Under the pieces are notes generated by a model that was not told the origin of the DNA, did not search any database, and was given only the letters and a program-made list of their open reading frames with translations. From Betaproteobacteria bacterium (GTDB taxonomy: Bacteria > Pseudomonadota > Gammaproteobacteria > Burkholderiales > JACQAP01), in assembly GCA_016194905.1 (NCBI GenBank), contig JACQAP010000009.1, positions 77,569 to 141,568 on the forward strand: a DNA stretch of 64,000 nucleotides, written 5' to 3'. Of the stretch, positions 1-8,080 are shown piece after piece. The stretch's first letter is position 1. Each line of letters opens with the position of its first letter. The translations under genes and the position numbers were made by a program.

Positions 1-363
1 CCGGTCGAGGATATCCATGAAGTTGAGGAACGGCGTTACCAGGCCATGATCCAGATGGACGCAGATGCACTGGCCAACGCGCTGGCCGACGAGTTCTTCT
101 ACCATCAGCCCAACGGCAAGACCAACGACAAGCCGGGATACATCCAGCAGATGATGACCGGCACGGTGAAGATCTTCTCCGCTGAGCGCTACGACGTGAA
201 GGTCAACGTCTACGGCGACGTCGCCACGGCAATGGGAGGCACGCGCCTGGACATCGAGATCGGCGGCGAACGCCGCAAGGTGGACCTGCGTTACCTGAAC
301 GTCTGGGTGCACCGTGACGACCGTTGGCAACTCGCCAAGCGCCAGTCCGCCTTCAAGCAGTAG
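1..363 (+). CDS. NTF2-fold protein (SnoaL-like/DUF4440 type); 5' end may lie outside the window
   Basis: The frame is open from nt 1 (PVEDIHEVEERRYQAMIQMDADALANALADEFFYHQ...). The EERRYQAM..D...L and C-terminal RDDRWQL pattern and the size fit DUF4440/SnoaL proteins. Track ORF 46..363 is the same frame. Confidence 0.6.
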   Translation, partial: PVEDIHEVEERRYQAMIQMDADALANALADEFFYHQPNGKTNDKPGYIQQMMTGTVKIFSAERYDVKVNVYGDVATAMGGTRLDIEIGGERRKVDLRYLNVWVHRDDRWQLAKRQSAFKQ

Positions 364-1528
364 GCCGCAGGAACAGCACGCCGCGCCAGAGCGTCAGCGA
401 GCCGGCGGCAAGGAACGCCGCCGCATAGCTTCCGCTCAAATGGACGATCGCCCAGAAGATCGTCGGCAGGAAAACCACGCCCGCATAAGTCATCGCCAGC
501 GATGCGCCGGTGGCCGATCCCGCCTTTCCCGGCGGTGCCATGCGCACCACTTCGGACAAGTACACGCCGTTCCAGCCGATCGCGCTTGCGCCATAGACGA
601 AGCTGACAACCAGCATCACGACGTAAGGCCAGGAAGGCGCCATCGATGCCGTCACGAAGGCCGATAACGCCATGATTGCACCAAGCCACCCCAACACTGT
701 GCGCGGCGATATCCAGTTGTCCGCGACGACCCCCCAGAGAATCCGCCCGACGCTGCCGGCCACCATCGCGATCGACAGCGCGGCCCCGGCGCCGCTGATC
801 GTCAGGCCCATGCGATCGGTGAGGAACACGACCAGGAACGAGCCCATGCACATCTGCATTCCCGAGTAGGAAAAGGAGGCAAGCGCGAGTTCGCGCAGCC
901 GCGGGTGCGACATGACGAGTTTGAACGGCTCGAGAAAATGCAAAGGCGCCGCCGGTCGCGGCGCGTGCGGGGCGAAATCCACGCCGGCACGATAAGGCTG
1001 CACGGCAATGGCCAGCGCAAGACATGACAGGCCGGCGATAAGCGCGGCTTCCTTCCAGCCGAAGCCCACGATCAGCAGCGGAATCAAGACACCCGCCAGC
1101 GCGCCGCCGATCGGAACGCCGGTCTGCTTCAGCGAGAAGATGAAAGCCCGCATGCCCTCCGGCGTGCGTTCGGCAAGGATTGCGGAACTGGAAGGCGTGA
1201 CCACGCCGTAACCGGTACCGATGACCAGCGCACCGAGCGCGACCAGCCACGTATTTGCGTTCGCCATCAACGCCACGCCGGCGGAGCAGAGCACCAACGA
1301 GATCTGGCTCGCACGCATGGCGCCGAAGCGGTTGATGAGATTGCCCGCGGAAAATGCGGTGAAAGTGGCGGCCAGATAGATCAGCGCGGTAACGATGCCG
1401 ACCGCGCTTGCTGGGAGTCCGATCTCCGTTTGCGCGACCGGCGCCAGTACCGGCGGCGTGTAGACCACCAGCGAGACCAGCGCCTGGATCGTCATCGTGA
1501 CGATCAGCGGCCACACCACGCCTTTCAT
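353..1528 (-). CDS. MFS transporter
   Basis: 391 aa, hydrophobic throughout, with about 12 helix-length Gly/Ala-rich segments and no soluble domain. ATG at 1528. Confidence 0.8.
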   Translation of the reverse strand: MKGVVWPLIVTMTIQALVSLVVYTPPVLAPVAQTEIGLPASAVGIVTALIYLAATFTAFSAGNLINRFGAMRASQISLVLCSAGVALMANANTWLVALGALVIGTGYGVVTPSSSAILAERTPEGMRAFIFSLKQTGVPIGGALAGVLIPLLIVGFGWKEAALIAGLSCLALAIAVQPYRAGVDFAPHAPRPAAPLHFLEPFKLVMSHPRLRELALASFSYSGMQMCMGSFLVVFLTDRMGLTISGAGAALSIAMVAGSVGRILWGVVADNWISPRTVLGWLGAIMALSAFVTASMAPSWPYVVMLVVSFVYGASAIGWNGVYLSEVVRMAPPGKAGSATGASLAMTYAGVVFLPTIFWAIVHLSGSYAAAFLAAGSLTLWRGVLFLRPTA

Positions 1529-1541
1529 TTAAAAAGAGAAT

Positions 1542-1811
1542 GAACCACGGAGAACACGGATACCCTCGCGATAGCGTGGAGTACCCTTTTAGAGCACGGA
1601 GAAAACCTGTGAACGAAATAGGTGTTGGAAAGTGAATGCGTTGGCAGCAGTGCCCCTGGACGTTGTGTGCACCGGTGAACTGACCGATACCCACGCAAAT
1701 TCACTGCTCGCATCCCGCCTTGCCCCCCCCTTTTCCGTTTCTTTGCCTTTCCTCCGTGTCCTAAAAGGGTACTCCACGCTATCGCGAGGGTATCCGTGTT
1801 CTCCGTGGTTC
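1542..1811. repeat. Intergenic palindromic element E1: perfect 50-bp inverted repeat (1542-1591 / 1762-1811) around a 170-bp centre
   Basis: Left arm is gaaccacggagaacacggataccctcgcgatagcgtggagtaccctttta. The right arm is its exact reverse complement. Outer ends are built of CACGGAG words. It fills the gap between the MFS start and the metY stop. Confidence 0.95.
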
Positions 1812-1818
1812 ACGCCTT

Positions 1819-3105
1819 CTAAGCTTTGGACTGGGCAAGAGCCTGGTCGAGGTCCCACAGGATGTCGTTGACGTCCTCGATGCCGATCGAAAGCCGGATC
1901 ATGTCGGGTCCGACGCCGGCTTTGATCTGGTCTTCCTCGGAAAGCTGACGGTGCGTGGTCGATGCGGGATGGATCACCAGTGTCTTGGCATCGCCGACAT
2001 TGGCCAGGTGCGAGAAGAACTGCAGCCCCTCGATGAATTTCACACCGGCTTCCATGCCGCCCTTGATGCCGAAGGTCATGATCGAGCCGCTGCCCTTAGG
2101 CAGGTATTTTTGCGCGAGCGCATGGTATTGGCTGCCCGGCAGGCCCGGATAGTTCACCCAGGAAACGCGCGGGTGCTCCTGCAAGAACGTTGCGACCGCC
2201 ATCGCATTTTGGACATGGCGCTCGACGCGCACATGCAGCGTCTCCAGTCCCTGCAGCAGAATCCACGCGCTAAACGGCGACAGGACCGGACCTAGCGTGC
2301 GCATGGTTTCCATGCGGCATTTCATGGTGTAGCCGAAATCGCCGAAGGTCTCGTGGAAAATCACCCCGTGGTAGCCGCGCGAAGGCTCGGTCATCATCGG
2401 ATACTTGCCGTTGCCCCACGGGAACTTGCCCGACTCGACCACGACACCGCCCATGGTGGTGCCGTGGCCGCCGATGAACTTGGTCGCGGAATGAATGACG
2501 ATGTCGGCGCCGAATCTGATCGGCTGGCACAGGTAGGGCGACGCGAATGTATTATCGATGATCAGCGGCACGCCGGCCTCTTTGGCAATTTTTGCCACGG
2601 CCTCGATGTCGAGCACGTTGATCTGCGGGTTGCCCATGGTCTCGGCGTAGATCGCGCGCGTCTTCGGCGTGATCGCCTTGCGGAAGTTTTCCGGATCGTC
2701 CGCATTGACGAATATGGTGTGGATGCCGAACTGGCGGAAGGTCACGTCGAACTGCGAATACGTGCCGCCGTAGAGCGTACTGGACGAGACGATCTCGTCG
2801 CCTTCGCGCAGGATGGTCAGCAGAGCACACATCTGGGCGGCCTGGCCCGAAGACGCGGCCAGCGCCGCGCGCCCGCCTTCGAGCGCGGCCATGCGCTCCT
2901 CGAACACCGCGACGGTCGGATTCGAAATGCGCGAATAGACGTTGCCGAAAGTCTGAAGATTGAAGAGGCTCGCCGCATGCTCCGCGGAGTCGAACACGAA
3001 GGACGTGGTCTGGTAGATCGGTACCGCGCGCGCACCGGTGGCCGCGTCGGGAATCTGTCCCGCGTGGAGGCACAAGGTGCCGAATCCGAATTCTCTGTCT
3101 GCCAT
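1819..3105 (-). CDS. metY: O-acetylhomoserine sulfhydrylase / aminocarboxypropyltransferase (PLP-dependent)
   Basis: 428 aa. FGTLCLHAGQ, PIYQTTSF, SRISNPT and HSATKFIGGHG (PLP-lysine region) are hallmarks of Cys/Met-metabolism PLP enzymes of the MetY/Met17 type. Confidence 0.9.
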   Translation of the reverse strand: MADREFGFGTLCLHAGQIPDAATGARAVPIYQTTSFVFDSAEHAASLFNLQTFGNVYSRISNPTVAVFEERMAALEGGRAALAASSGQAAQMCALLTILREGDEIVSSSTLYGGTYSQFDVTFRQFGIHTIFVNADDPENFRKAITPKTRAIYAETMGNPQINVLDIEAVAKIAKEAGVPLIIDNTFASPYLCQPIRFGADIVIHSATKFIGGHGTTMGGVVVESGKFPWGNGKYPMMTEPSRGYHGVIFHETFGDFGYTMKCRMETMRTLGPVLSPFSAWILLQGLETLHVRVERHVQNAMAVATFLQEHPRVSWVNYPGLPGSQYHALAQKYLPKGSGSIMTFGIKGGMEAGVKFIEGLQFFSHLANVGDAKTLVIHPASTTHRQLSEEDQIKAGVGPDMIRLSIGIEDVNDILWDLDQALAQSKA

Positions 3106-3112
3106 GGTAATT

Positions 3113-3214
3113 CAGTGAATAGTGAACGGTGATCAGTGAATGGTGAAAAGCAAATCGTGCCCGGGCATCGGTCCTGGTTCCTTCCGTTCACTGTTCACCA
3201 TTTACCGTTCACTG
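3113..3214. repeat. Intergenic palindromic element E2 (GTGAAYRGT word arms)
   Basis: Left arm 3113-3150 (cagtgaatagtgaacggtgatcagtgaatggtgaaaag) and right arm 3181-3214 (cttccgttcactgttcaccatttaccgttcactg) are imperfect reverse complements. The centre holds the palindrome TGCCCGGGCA. Confidence 0.8.
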
Positions 3215-3216
3215 CT

Positions 3217-3696
3217 TCAGTAAGGTAACCACTTCGGCCGCTTGGCGGAAATGACCTTGGTGTTCACGCCGACCCAGTTGAGCCCGCCGAACAGCCGGCC
3301 GTGTTCGATCTTCACGCAGCGGTCCTGCACCACTTCCAGCCCGGCCTTACGCGCCTTCGCCGCTGCTTTTTCGTTCATCACGCCGATCTGCATCCACAAT
3401 ACCTTGGCGCCGATGGCGATGGCCCCGTCCGCGATCGGTTCGATGTCTTCGCTTTTGCGGAAGCAATCCACGATGTCGACTTTATCGGGAATGTCCTTGA
3501 GCGAGGCGTAGCACGTCTCTCCCAGGACCTCCTTGTACATAGGGTTCACCGGGATGACGCGGTAGCCGTGCTCCTGCATGTATTTTGCGGCAAAGGAACT
3601 GGGCCGGTACCAATTGGCCGACAGTCCGACCACGGCAATGGTCTTGTACTGCTTGAGGATGCGGCGCAGGGTGTTGATGTCGGTGGAGTCGCTCAT
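3217..3696 (-). CDS. CoA-binding protein (YccU-like)
   Basis: 159 aa. The KTIAVVGLS...RPS...GYRVIPVNP motif is typical of the CoA_binding_2 family. Confidence 0.85.
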   Translation of the reverse strand: MSDSTDINTLRRILKQYKTIAVVGLSANWYRPSSFAAKYMQEHGYRVIPVNPMYKEVLGETCYASLKDIPDKVDIVDCFRKSEDIEPIADGAIAIGAKVLWMQIGVMNEKAAAKARKAGLEVVQDRCVKIEHGRLFGGLNWVGVNTKVISAKRPKWLPY

Positions 3697-3762
3697 GCGT
3701 GATTTGTGCTGAAAGAAAGCGTTGCGCGGAAAGCCGGCAGTTTATCACCGGCGCCGGATACT

Positions 3763-4797
3763 TTAGCCCGCCTTCAGTTTCGCCTGCCGTTGCTCTTTCG
3801 GCAGCTTGCCGATCTCCTTGACCGCCGCATAGAAGCGCCTGAAGTCGCCGCCGTTCTCCGCCAGCACCCGGCGGAAGCCGGGTACCAGCTCGGAATAAGT
3901 CGCAACCGGTACGAGATGGGCGTTGTTCAGCTCCTCGGCAAAGAAACGGTCGTAGCCGGCATAGCCTCCCCAGGAAGATCTCAGGGTCAGGTACTCCGCT
4001 TTCATGGCGGCGAAGGTTTCGGCTTTCTTCTGGCGCTTGTCCGTGTCCGTCGCTGCACTCGCGTACAGCGTCCTGAGGCTGTCGCGGTACTTCATCACCA
4101 GGTCGATGAAGGCGCCTTTGCGTCGTTCGTATAATTCGAAGGCGGCACGTTTCGCGGGATCGCCATCGCGCGCCAGCCAGCGGTCGACGCCCTCCAGTTC
4201 CACGGCGACGGCAAACGACTCGTTGAACACGGTGTCTCCGGGAACGTAAACAACCTGATGCGCGAGCTCGTGAAAGATCAACCGCGCGAGTTCGCCATCG
4301 GGATAGCGCATGACGGTATTGAGCACGGGATCGTCGAACCAGCCCAGCGTGGAATAAGCCGGAATGCCGGTGACGAAGACGTCCAGGCCTTTGCGCCGCA
4401 ATTCCTCACCGAACTGCTCGGCACGAGCCTGGCTGAAATAACCGCGGTAGCCGACGCAACCGGCAAACGGGAAGCACCACTCCTTCGGCGCAACCGAAAG
4501 CTCGCCGGCCGCAAATACATTCCAGACCACGAACGGACGTTCCAGGTCGGCGTATTTCCGGTAGCTGCCGTTATCCGGCAGTGCCAGTTCGCCGGAAGCG
4601 AAATTCCGCACGCGCAGCACCAGCGACAGGCGTTCGCGCACCTGCGGCGGCGTGTGCGTGTCGTCGATGACCTGCGCGATCGAACGGCTGCGATTCCAGA
4701 TCTGCATCTGCCCTTCGACGGCCTGGTAGTAGTAGCCGATGTTTGTGCAACCGCAGAGTCCGCTGACCAGCGCGAGTATGAAAGCTAATCGGGTCAT
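3763..4797 (-). CDS. Putative zinc aminopeptidase lipoprotein (COG4324-type)
   Basis: 344 aa with a lipobox (LVSGLCGC) at the N-terminus and HELAH (HExxH) in IFHELAHQVVY. The overall pattern matches 'predicted aminopeptidase' family proteins. Confidence 0.75.
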   Translation of the reverse strand: MTRLAFILALVSGLCGCTNIGYYYQAVEGQMQIWNRSRSIAQVIDDTHTPPQVRERLSLVLRVRNFASGELALPDNGSYRKYADLERPFVVWNVFAAGELSVAPKEWCFPFAGCVGYRGYFSQARAEQFGEELRRKGLDVFVTGIPAYSTLGWFDDPVLNTVMRYPDGELARLIFHELAHQVVYVPGDTVFNESFAVAVELEGVDRWLARDGDPAKRAAFELYERRKGAFIDLVMKYRDSLRTLYASAATDTDKRQKKAETFAAMKAEYLTLRSSWGGYAGYDRFFAEELNNAHLVPVATYSELVPGFRRVLAENGGDFRRFYAAVKEIGKLPKEQRQAKLKAG

Positions 4798-5426
4798 TGG
4801 CCGAACCTGCCGTTCTTCAGAAACGCGCAGGCGGCACGCGCGACCGCCGGCGAAACCAGCATCGCGCTATGGCTGGTATGCAGCACGATCGAATCGGCCG
4901 CTCCCGGCACATGGGTTTCGTCCAGAATCACGACTCCGTCGTTCGGCCTGGGCAGGTGCGCGAACAGCCTGCCGAGACCGATGGAGACATCTCCCGCGAT
5001 CGCGCCGAGCTCGACGCCATCCGGGATTGGCGGCCGGGGCTGACGCAACCAGTCCTGGAGCGTGCGCCCGAGCAATCCGCGACTCGCCGCGAATCGCGCC
5101 ATACCCTGCGCGGCGACGCTGTTTGCATACGGACTGCCGACCAGCACCACTCGATGCGCCTTGACCTGCGGATGATTGTGCAACATGGTCATGATCAGCA
5201 GACCGCCGAGGCTGTGACCCACCAGATTCAATGGCGCGCCGGACTTTTCGCAGACCGAGGCCAGTCGTCGCGCGTTCTCGCGCAGGCCCCGCCGCACGGA
5301 TTGATAGCCATGCCTGGTCACGGCAAAGCCGCAGCGCTCCAGTCGCCGGGCGAGCGGCAGCATGGCCAGGCCGTTCATCCACAAACCGTGGACGAGCACG
5401 ATGCGCTCGCCATCAGCCGGCATCAT
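4794..5426 (-). CDS. Alpha/beta-fold hydrolase (esterase/lipase-like)
   Basis: 210 aa with VLVHG (oxyanion region) and a GHSLGG nucleophile elbow. A 4-bp overlap with the downstream gene suggests an operon. Confidence 0.8.
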   Translation of the reverse strand: MMPADGERIVLVHGLWMNGLAMLPLARRLERCGFAVTRHGYQSVRRGLRENARRLASVCEKSGAPLNLVGHSLGGLLIMTMLHNHPQVKAHRVVLVGSPYANSVAAQGMARFAASRGLLGRTLQDWLRQPRPPIPDGVELGAIAGDVSIGLGRLFAHLPRPNDGVVILDETHVPGAADSIVLHTSHSAMLVSPAVARAACAFLKNGRFGQ

Positions 5427-6336
5427 CCTCGGCTTTCAGGATCTCCAATCCGCGCTTGAGTGCAGTCTGGTATCTGGCTTTGGTCCTGGCGATTTTTTCC
5501 GCCGGCCAGTCGTAGAAGCCTTTGCCGGTTTTCATGCCGATCTCGCCGGCCTTCACCTTCGCCGCGAGTTTCGCGGCCGGTTTTGCGTCGTTGCACAGAT
5601 CCGGAAAAACGGTACTGGAGGCCAGGTAGTTCACGTCGAGTCCCGACATCTCCTTCTGCAGGATCGGTCCGGCGGCGACATAACGAAAACCGAAGCCGTA
5701 ACGCACCGCGATGTCGACATCCTCCGGCGTGGCGATGCCACGTTCGATCAGCGACCACGCTTCGCGCATCAGCGCATGCTGCATGCGGTTGGCGAGGAAG
5801 CCGGGAATGTCCTTCGCCACCATCACCGGCTTGCGACGCAGGCGTTGCATCAACTCGAACACCGATTGCGCCACGGCGGGATCGGTGGCGTCCGACCGCA
5901 CCACTTCCACCAGCGGCACCATGTGCGCCGGCATGAAGAAATGCAGGCCGAGCATGCGGCGCGCGCTCTCAAGGCCGCCGGCAATCCGGCTGATCGGAAA
6001 GCTGGAGGAATTGCTGGTCAGCGCAATGTCGGCGGGCGCGAGCGCTTCGAGTTCGGCAAAGATGCGCTGCTTGAGCGGAAGGTCTTCGTTCACGGACTCG
6101 ACCACGATGCCGGCGTGCTGCCACGGCACATCGCGCGGCGCATCGTGCAGCGAGACATCGGGTCGAACGCCGCCGAGTTCCGCCACCGATCTGGCAAAGC
6201 GTTCCCGCAGCGAATCTCGGGTCTTCCCCGGCCGCTGCACGATATCCACACCCATGCCGCCGGCCGCGAAAATCGCCGCCACGTCGGCGCCCATCGTTCC
6301 GCCGCCAATGATCACGGCTCGTTTTTGCGGCAACAC
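5413..6336 (-). CDS. 3-hydroxyacyl-CoA / 3-hydroxybutyryl-CoA dehydrogenase family protein
   Basis: 307 aa with an N-terminal Rossmann motif (IIGGGTMG), plus VESVNEDLPLKQ and PGFLANR motifs of the 3HCDH N/C domains. Confidence 0.85.
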   Translation of the reverse strand: MLPQKRAVIIGGGTMGADVAAIFAAGGMGVDIVQRPGKTRDSLRERFARSVAELGGVRPDVSLHDAPRDVPWQHAGIVVESVNEDLPLKQRIFAELEALAPADIALTSNSSSFPISRIAGGLESARRMLGLHFFMPAHMVPLVEVVRSDATDPAVAQSVFELMQRLRRKPVMVAKDIPGFLANRMQHALMREAWSLIERGIATPEDVDIAVRYGFGFRYVAAGPILQKEMSGLDVNYLASSTVFPDLCNDAKPAAKLAAKVKAGEIGMKTGKGFYDWPAEKIARTKARYQTALKRGLEILKAEDDAG

Positions 6337-6421
6337 GCTTTTTCTCCCGACTCAAGCCCCGGACGCCGCATTATAGAAGGTGTGGGAGTGCTAGACTTCG
6401 CGCCTTGTTCCGCAGACCGCC

Positions 6422-7159
6422 ATGCCCTTTCCGCCAGAAACCCTGATTGCCGTGCCGCTGATCGGGCTGCTTGCCTACATCATCCTCGGCATTTCCGGGT
6501 TCGGTTCGGCCCTGGTCACCATTCCGCTGCTGGTGCACTTTCTGCCGCTGCAGTCCGTGGTACCGCTCGTCGTAATGGTGGATTTTCTGGCCACCGTCTC
6601 CAATGGCGTGAGGTTCCGCGAGCATGTCGAAGTGGCCGAATTGAAACTGGTTATCCCGGCGGTCATCGCCGGCATCCTGTCCGGCGTGACGCTGCTGGCC
6701 ACGTTGCCGAAGCACGCGGCACTCCTGATGCTCGGCGGCTTCGTTACGGGTTACGGCGTCTACCGTCTGTTGATCAGGCCTTCGAACAAACCGGTGTCGC
6801 GCTGGTGGGGGATACCTACCGGCCTCGTCGGCGGGCTGATCGGTGGATTGTTCGGCGTGGGCGGGCCGATTTACGCGACTTACATGGCAGCGCGCATCCA
6901 TGACCCGGCGAAAATGCGCGCCACGCTTTCGGCGGTGTTCTCTTTCAGCACCGGGCTGCGACTGACGGTCTATCTACTCTCCGGCCTGTTGTTGCAGTCC
7001 GAAGTCTGGTGGGCGTTCCTGTTGTTGCTGCCGTCGATGCCAGTCGGCCTCGCCATCGGCCACCGCCTGCACGCGAAACTCACTCGCGAGCAGGTCGGCG
7101 GTTTCATCAGCGTTCTTCTGGTAGTCAGCGGGCTTTCGCTGTTATTGAGGGCGATCTAA
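6422..7159 (+). CDS. TauE/SafE-family anion exporter (membrane protein)
   Basis: 245 aa with 7-8 hydrophobic helices and a duplicated G-rich motif (GISGFGSALV / GGLFGVGGPI), as in TauE/SafE. Confidence 0.8.
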   Translation: MPFPPETLIAVPLIGLLAYIILGISGFGSALVTIPLLVHFLPLQSVVPLVVMVDFLATVSNGVRFREHVEVAELKLVIPAVIAGILSGVTLLATLPKHAALLMLGGFVTGYGVYRLLIRPSNKPVSRWWGIPTGLVGGLIGGLFGVGGPIYATYMAARIHDPAKMRATLSAVFSFSTGLRLTVYLLSGLLLQSEVWWAFLLLLPSMPVGLAIGHRLHAKLTREQVGGFISVLLVVSGLSLLLRAI

Positions 7160-7176
7160 ACTCCGAGCCTCTCCGG

Positions 7177-7374
7177 CTACACCGGGAGCCGTACTTTCCC
7201 TTTCTTAGTTATCCGAACGGGTGCCTTGCCGCCGGCCACGATTGCCCACAGTTCCGCCGCGCTGGTAAACGGGCGGCGGACGCCGGATTCGACGACCTCC
7301 ACCACCCCGTTCACCCGCGTGCCTTTTTTTGCGGGACCGAGCACCCGAACGACGAAGCTTCGCAATTCGCGCAC
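7177..7374 (-). CDS. Small conserved protein, family S (paralog of 16270..16458)
   Basis: 65 aa (GTG start, uncertain). SFVVRV...GVVEVVESGVRRPFTSAAELWAIVAGG...KKGKV aligns with STFIVRL...GVVEDVRSGRRIPFASAEELWRAVSGG...AKGKV of the second copy. Confidence 0.7.
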   Translation of the reverse strand: MRELRSFVVRVLGPAKKGTRVNGVVEVVESGVRRPFTSAAELWAIVAGGKAPVRITKKGKVRLPV

Positions 7375-7405
7375 GGGAAGGCCTCGTGGAACGGATGAAC
7401 TGGGA

Positions 7406-7888
7406 CTAACGCAATTTCCAGCTTCCCCATTCGCGAGTACACACCGCGATCTGACCCGCGGGCGGCGGCGCGTCGGTGACGGGCATCCAGTTGCTGGCGA
7501 CCGCGATGCCGTTGTACTTGCCGGTACCGCCGACAGCGCGAAAGCTACCGCTCTCCTGATTTTTGCGGTTGAACAGGCCGAATATCTTGTCGCCCGCCGG
7601 ATCCGTGTATTCGCAGGACCCCATCTCGTTGTACTCGCCGTTGACCAGAGTCCAGGTACCGTTGCATACGGATGTCGTGTTGTGAAAGAGCCCGCTTGCG
7701 ACGGGACTTACGCCATTGACGGTGTAGGACCCACCCATGGCATCTTTTGAATGCATGATCATGTGGTGCGCTCCCACGAAGCATTCGTTCTGATCGTACT
7801 TGCCTTCCTTCGCCAGATCGGCGCCGACGGCGCTTGCGCCGATGATGCAAAGCGATACTCCAATAAGCGATGCTAGTTTGCGGTTCAT
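7406..7888 (-). CDS. Secreted 4-Cys protein with GTGK[YF]xG motif, family D (paralog D1)
   Basis: ATG at 7888 is preceded by AGGAGAGGG. It has a signal peptide (LIGVSLCIIGASAVGA). ADLAKEGKYD..CF, C.G.W, G.CE.TDP.GDK.FG and GGTGKYNG are shared with 15764..16258. Confidence 0.8.
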   Translation of the reverse strand: MNRKLASLIGVSLCIIGASAVGADLAKEGKYDQNECFVGAHHMIMHSKDAMGGSYTVNGVSPVASGLFHNTTSVCNGTWTLVNGEYNEMGSCEYTDPAGDKIFGLFNRKNQESGSFRAVGGTGKYNGIAVASNWMPVTDAPPPAGQIAVCTREWGSWKLR

Positions 7889-8022
7889 GATTTCCCTCTC
7901 CTGTTTCATTGACGGTTGAACGATCGCAGCCGGGGCTTTCCTCCGGCGCCCATGGCGGAAACCGGGGGCTTTCCGAAATACCCTTCTGTTCTCGGCCGCT
8001 GGAGAGGTTGCGGCGATACAGG

Positions 8023-8059
8023 GTACGGATAAGTTACCGAATCGAGATCCGGTTACGGT
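8023..8059 (-). promoter_or_regulatory. Candidate SARP-type direct repeats between regulator R1 and its cargo
   Basis: GTACGGAT (8023), GTTACCGA (8033) and GTTACGGT (8052). The first two are 11 bp apart. They lie 22-58 bp after the R1 stop and about 135-165 bp upstream of the D1 start. Confidence 0.4.
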
Positions 8060-8080
8060 CTTGCAATCTGCCCGCCGCCG

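Noticed and set aside
291-1694. 467-aa ORF on the minus strand overlapping the MFS gene in another frame, plus 314..667 on the plus strand.
   Set aside because: The composition is Arg/Gly/Ala-rich and typical of off-frame reading of GC-rich coding DNA. The 353..1528 frame gives a coherent 12-helix membrane protein.
5362-6903. 513-aa plus-strand ORF spanning the 3-hydroxyacyl-CoA dehydrogenase gene (antisense) and part of the TauE gene.
   Set aside because: It is a shadow ORF: Arg/His/Gly-rich, with no motifs. It crosses an obvious gene boundary and an intergenic region.
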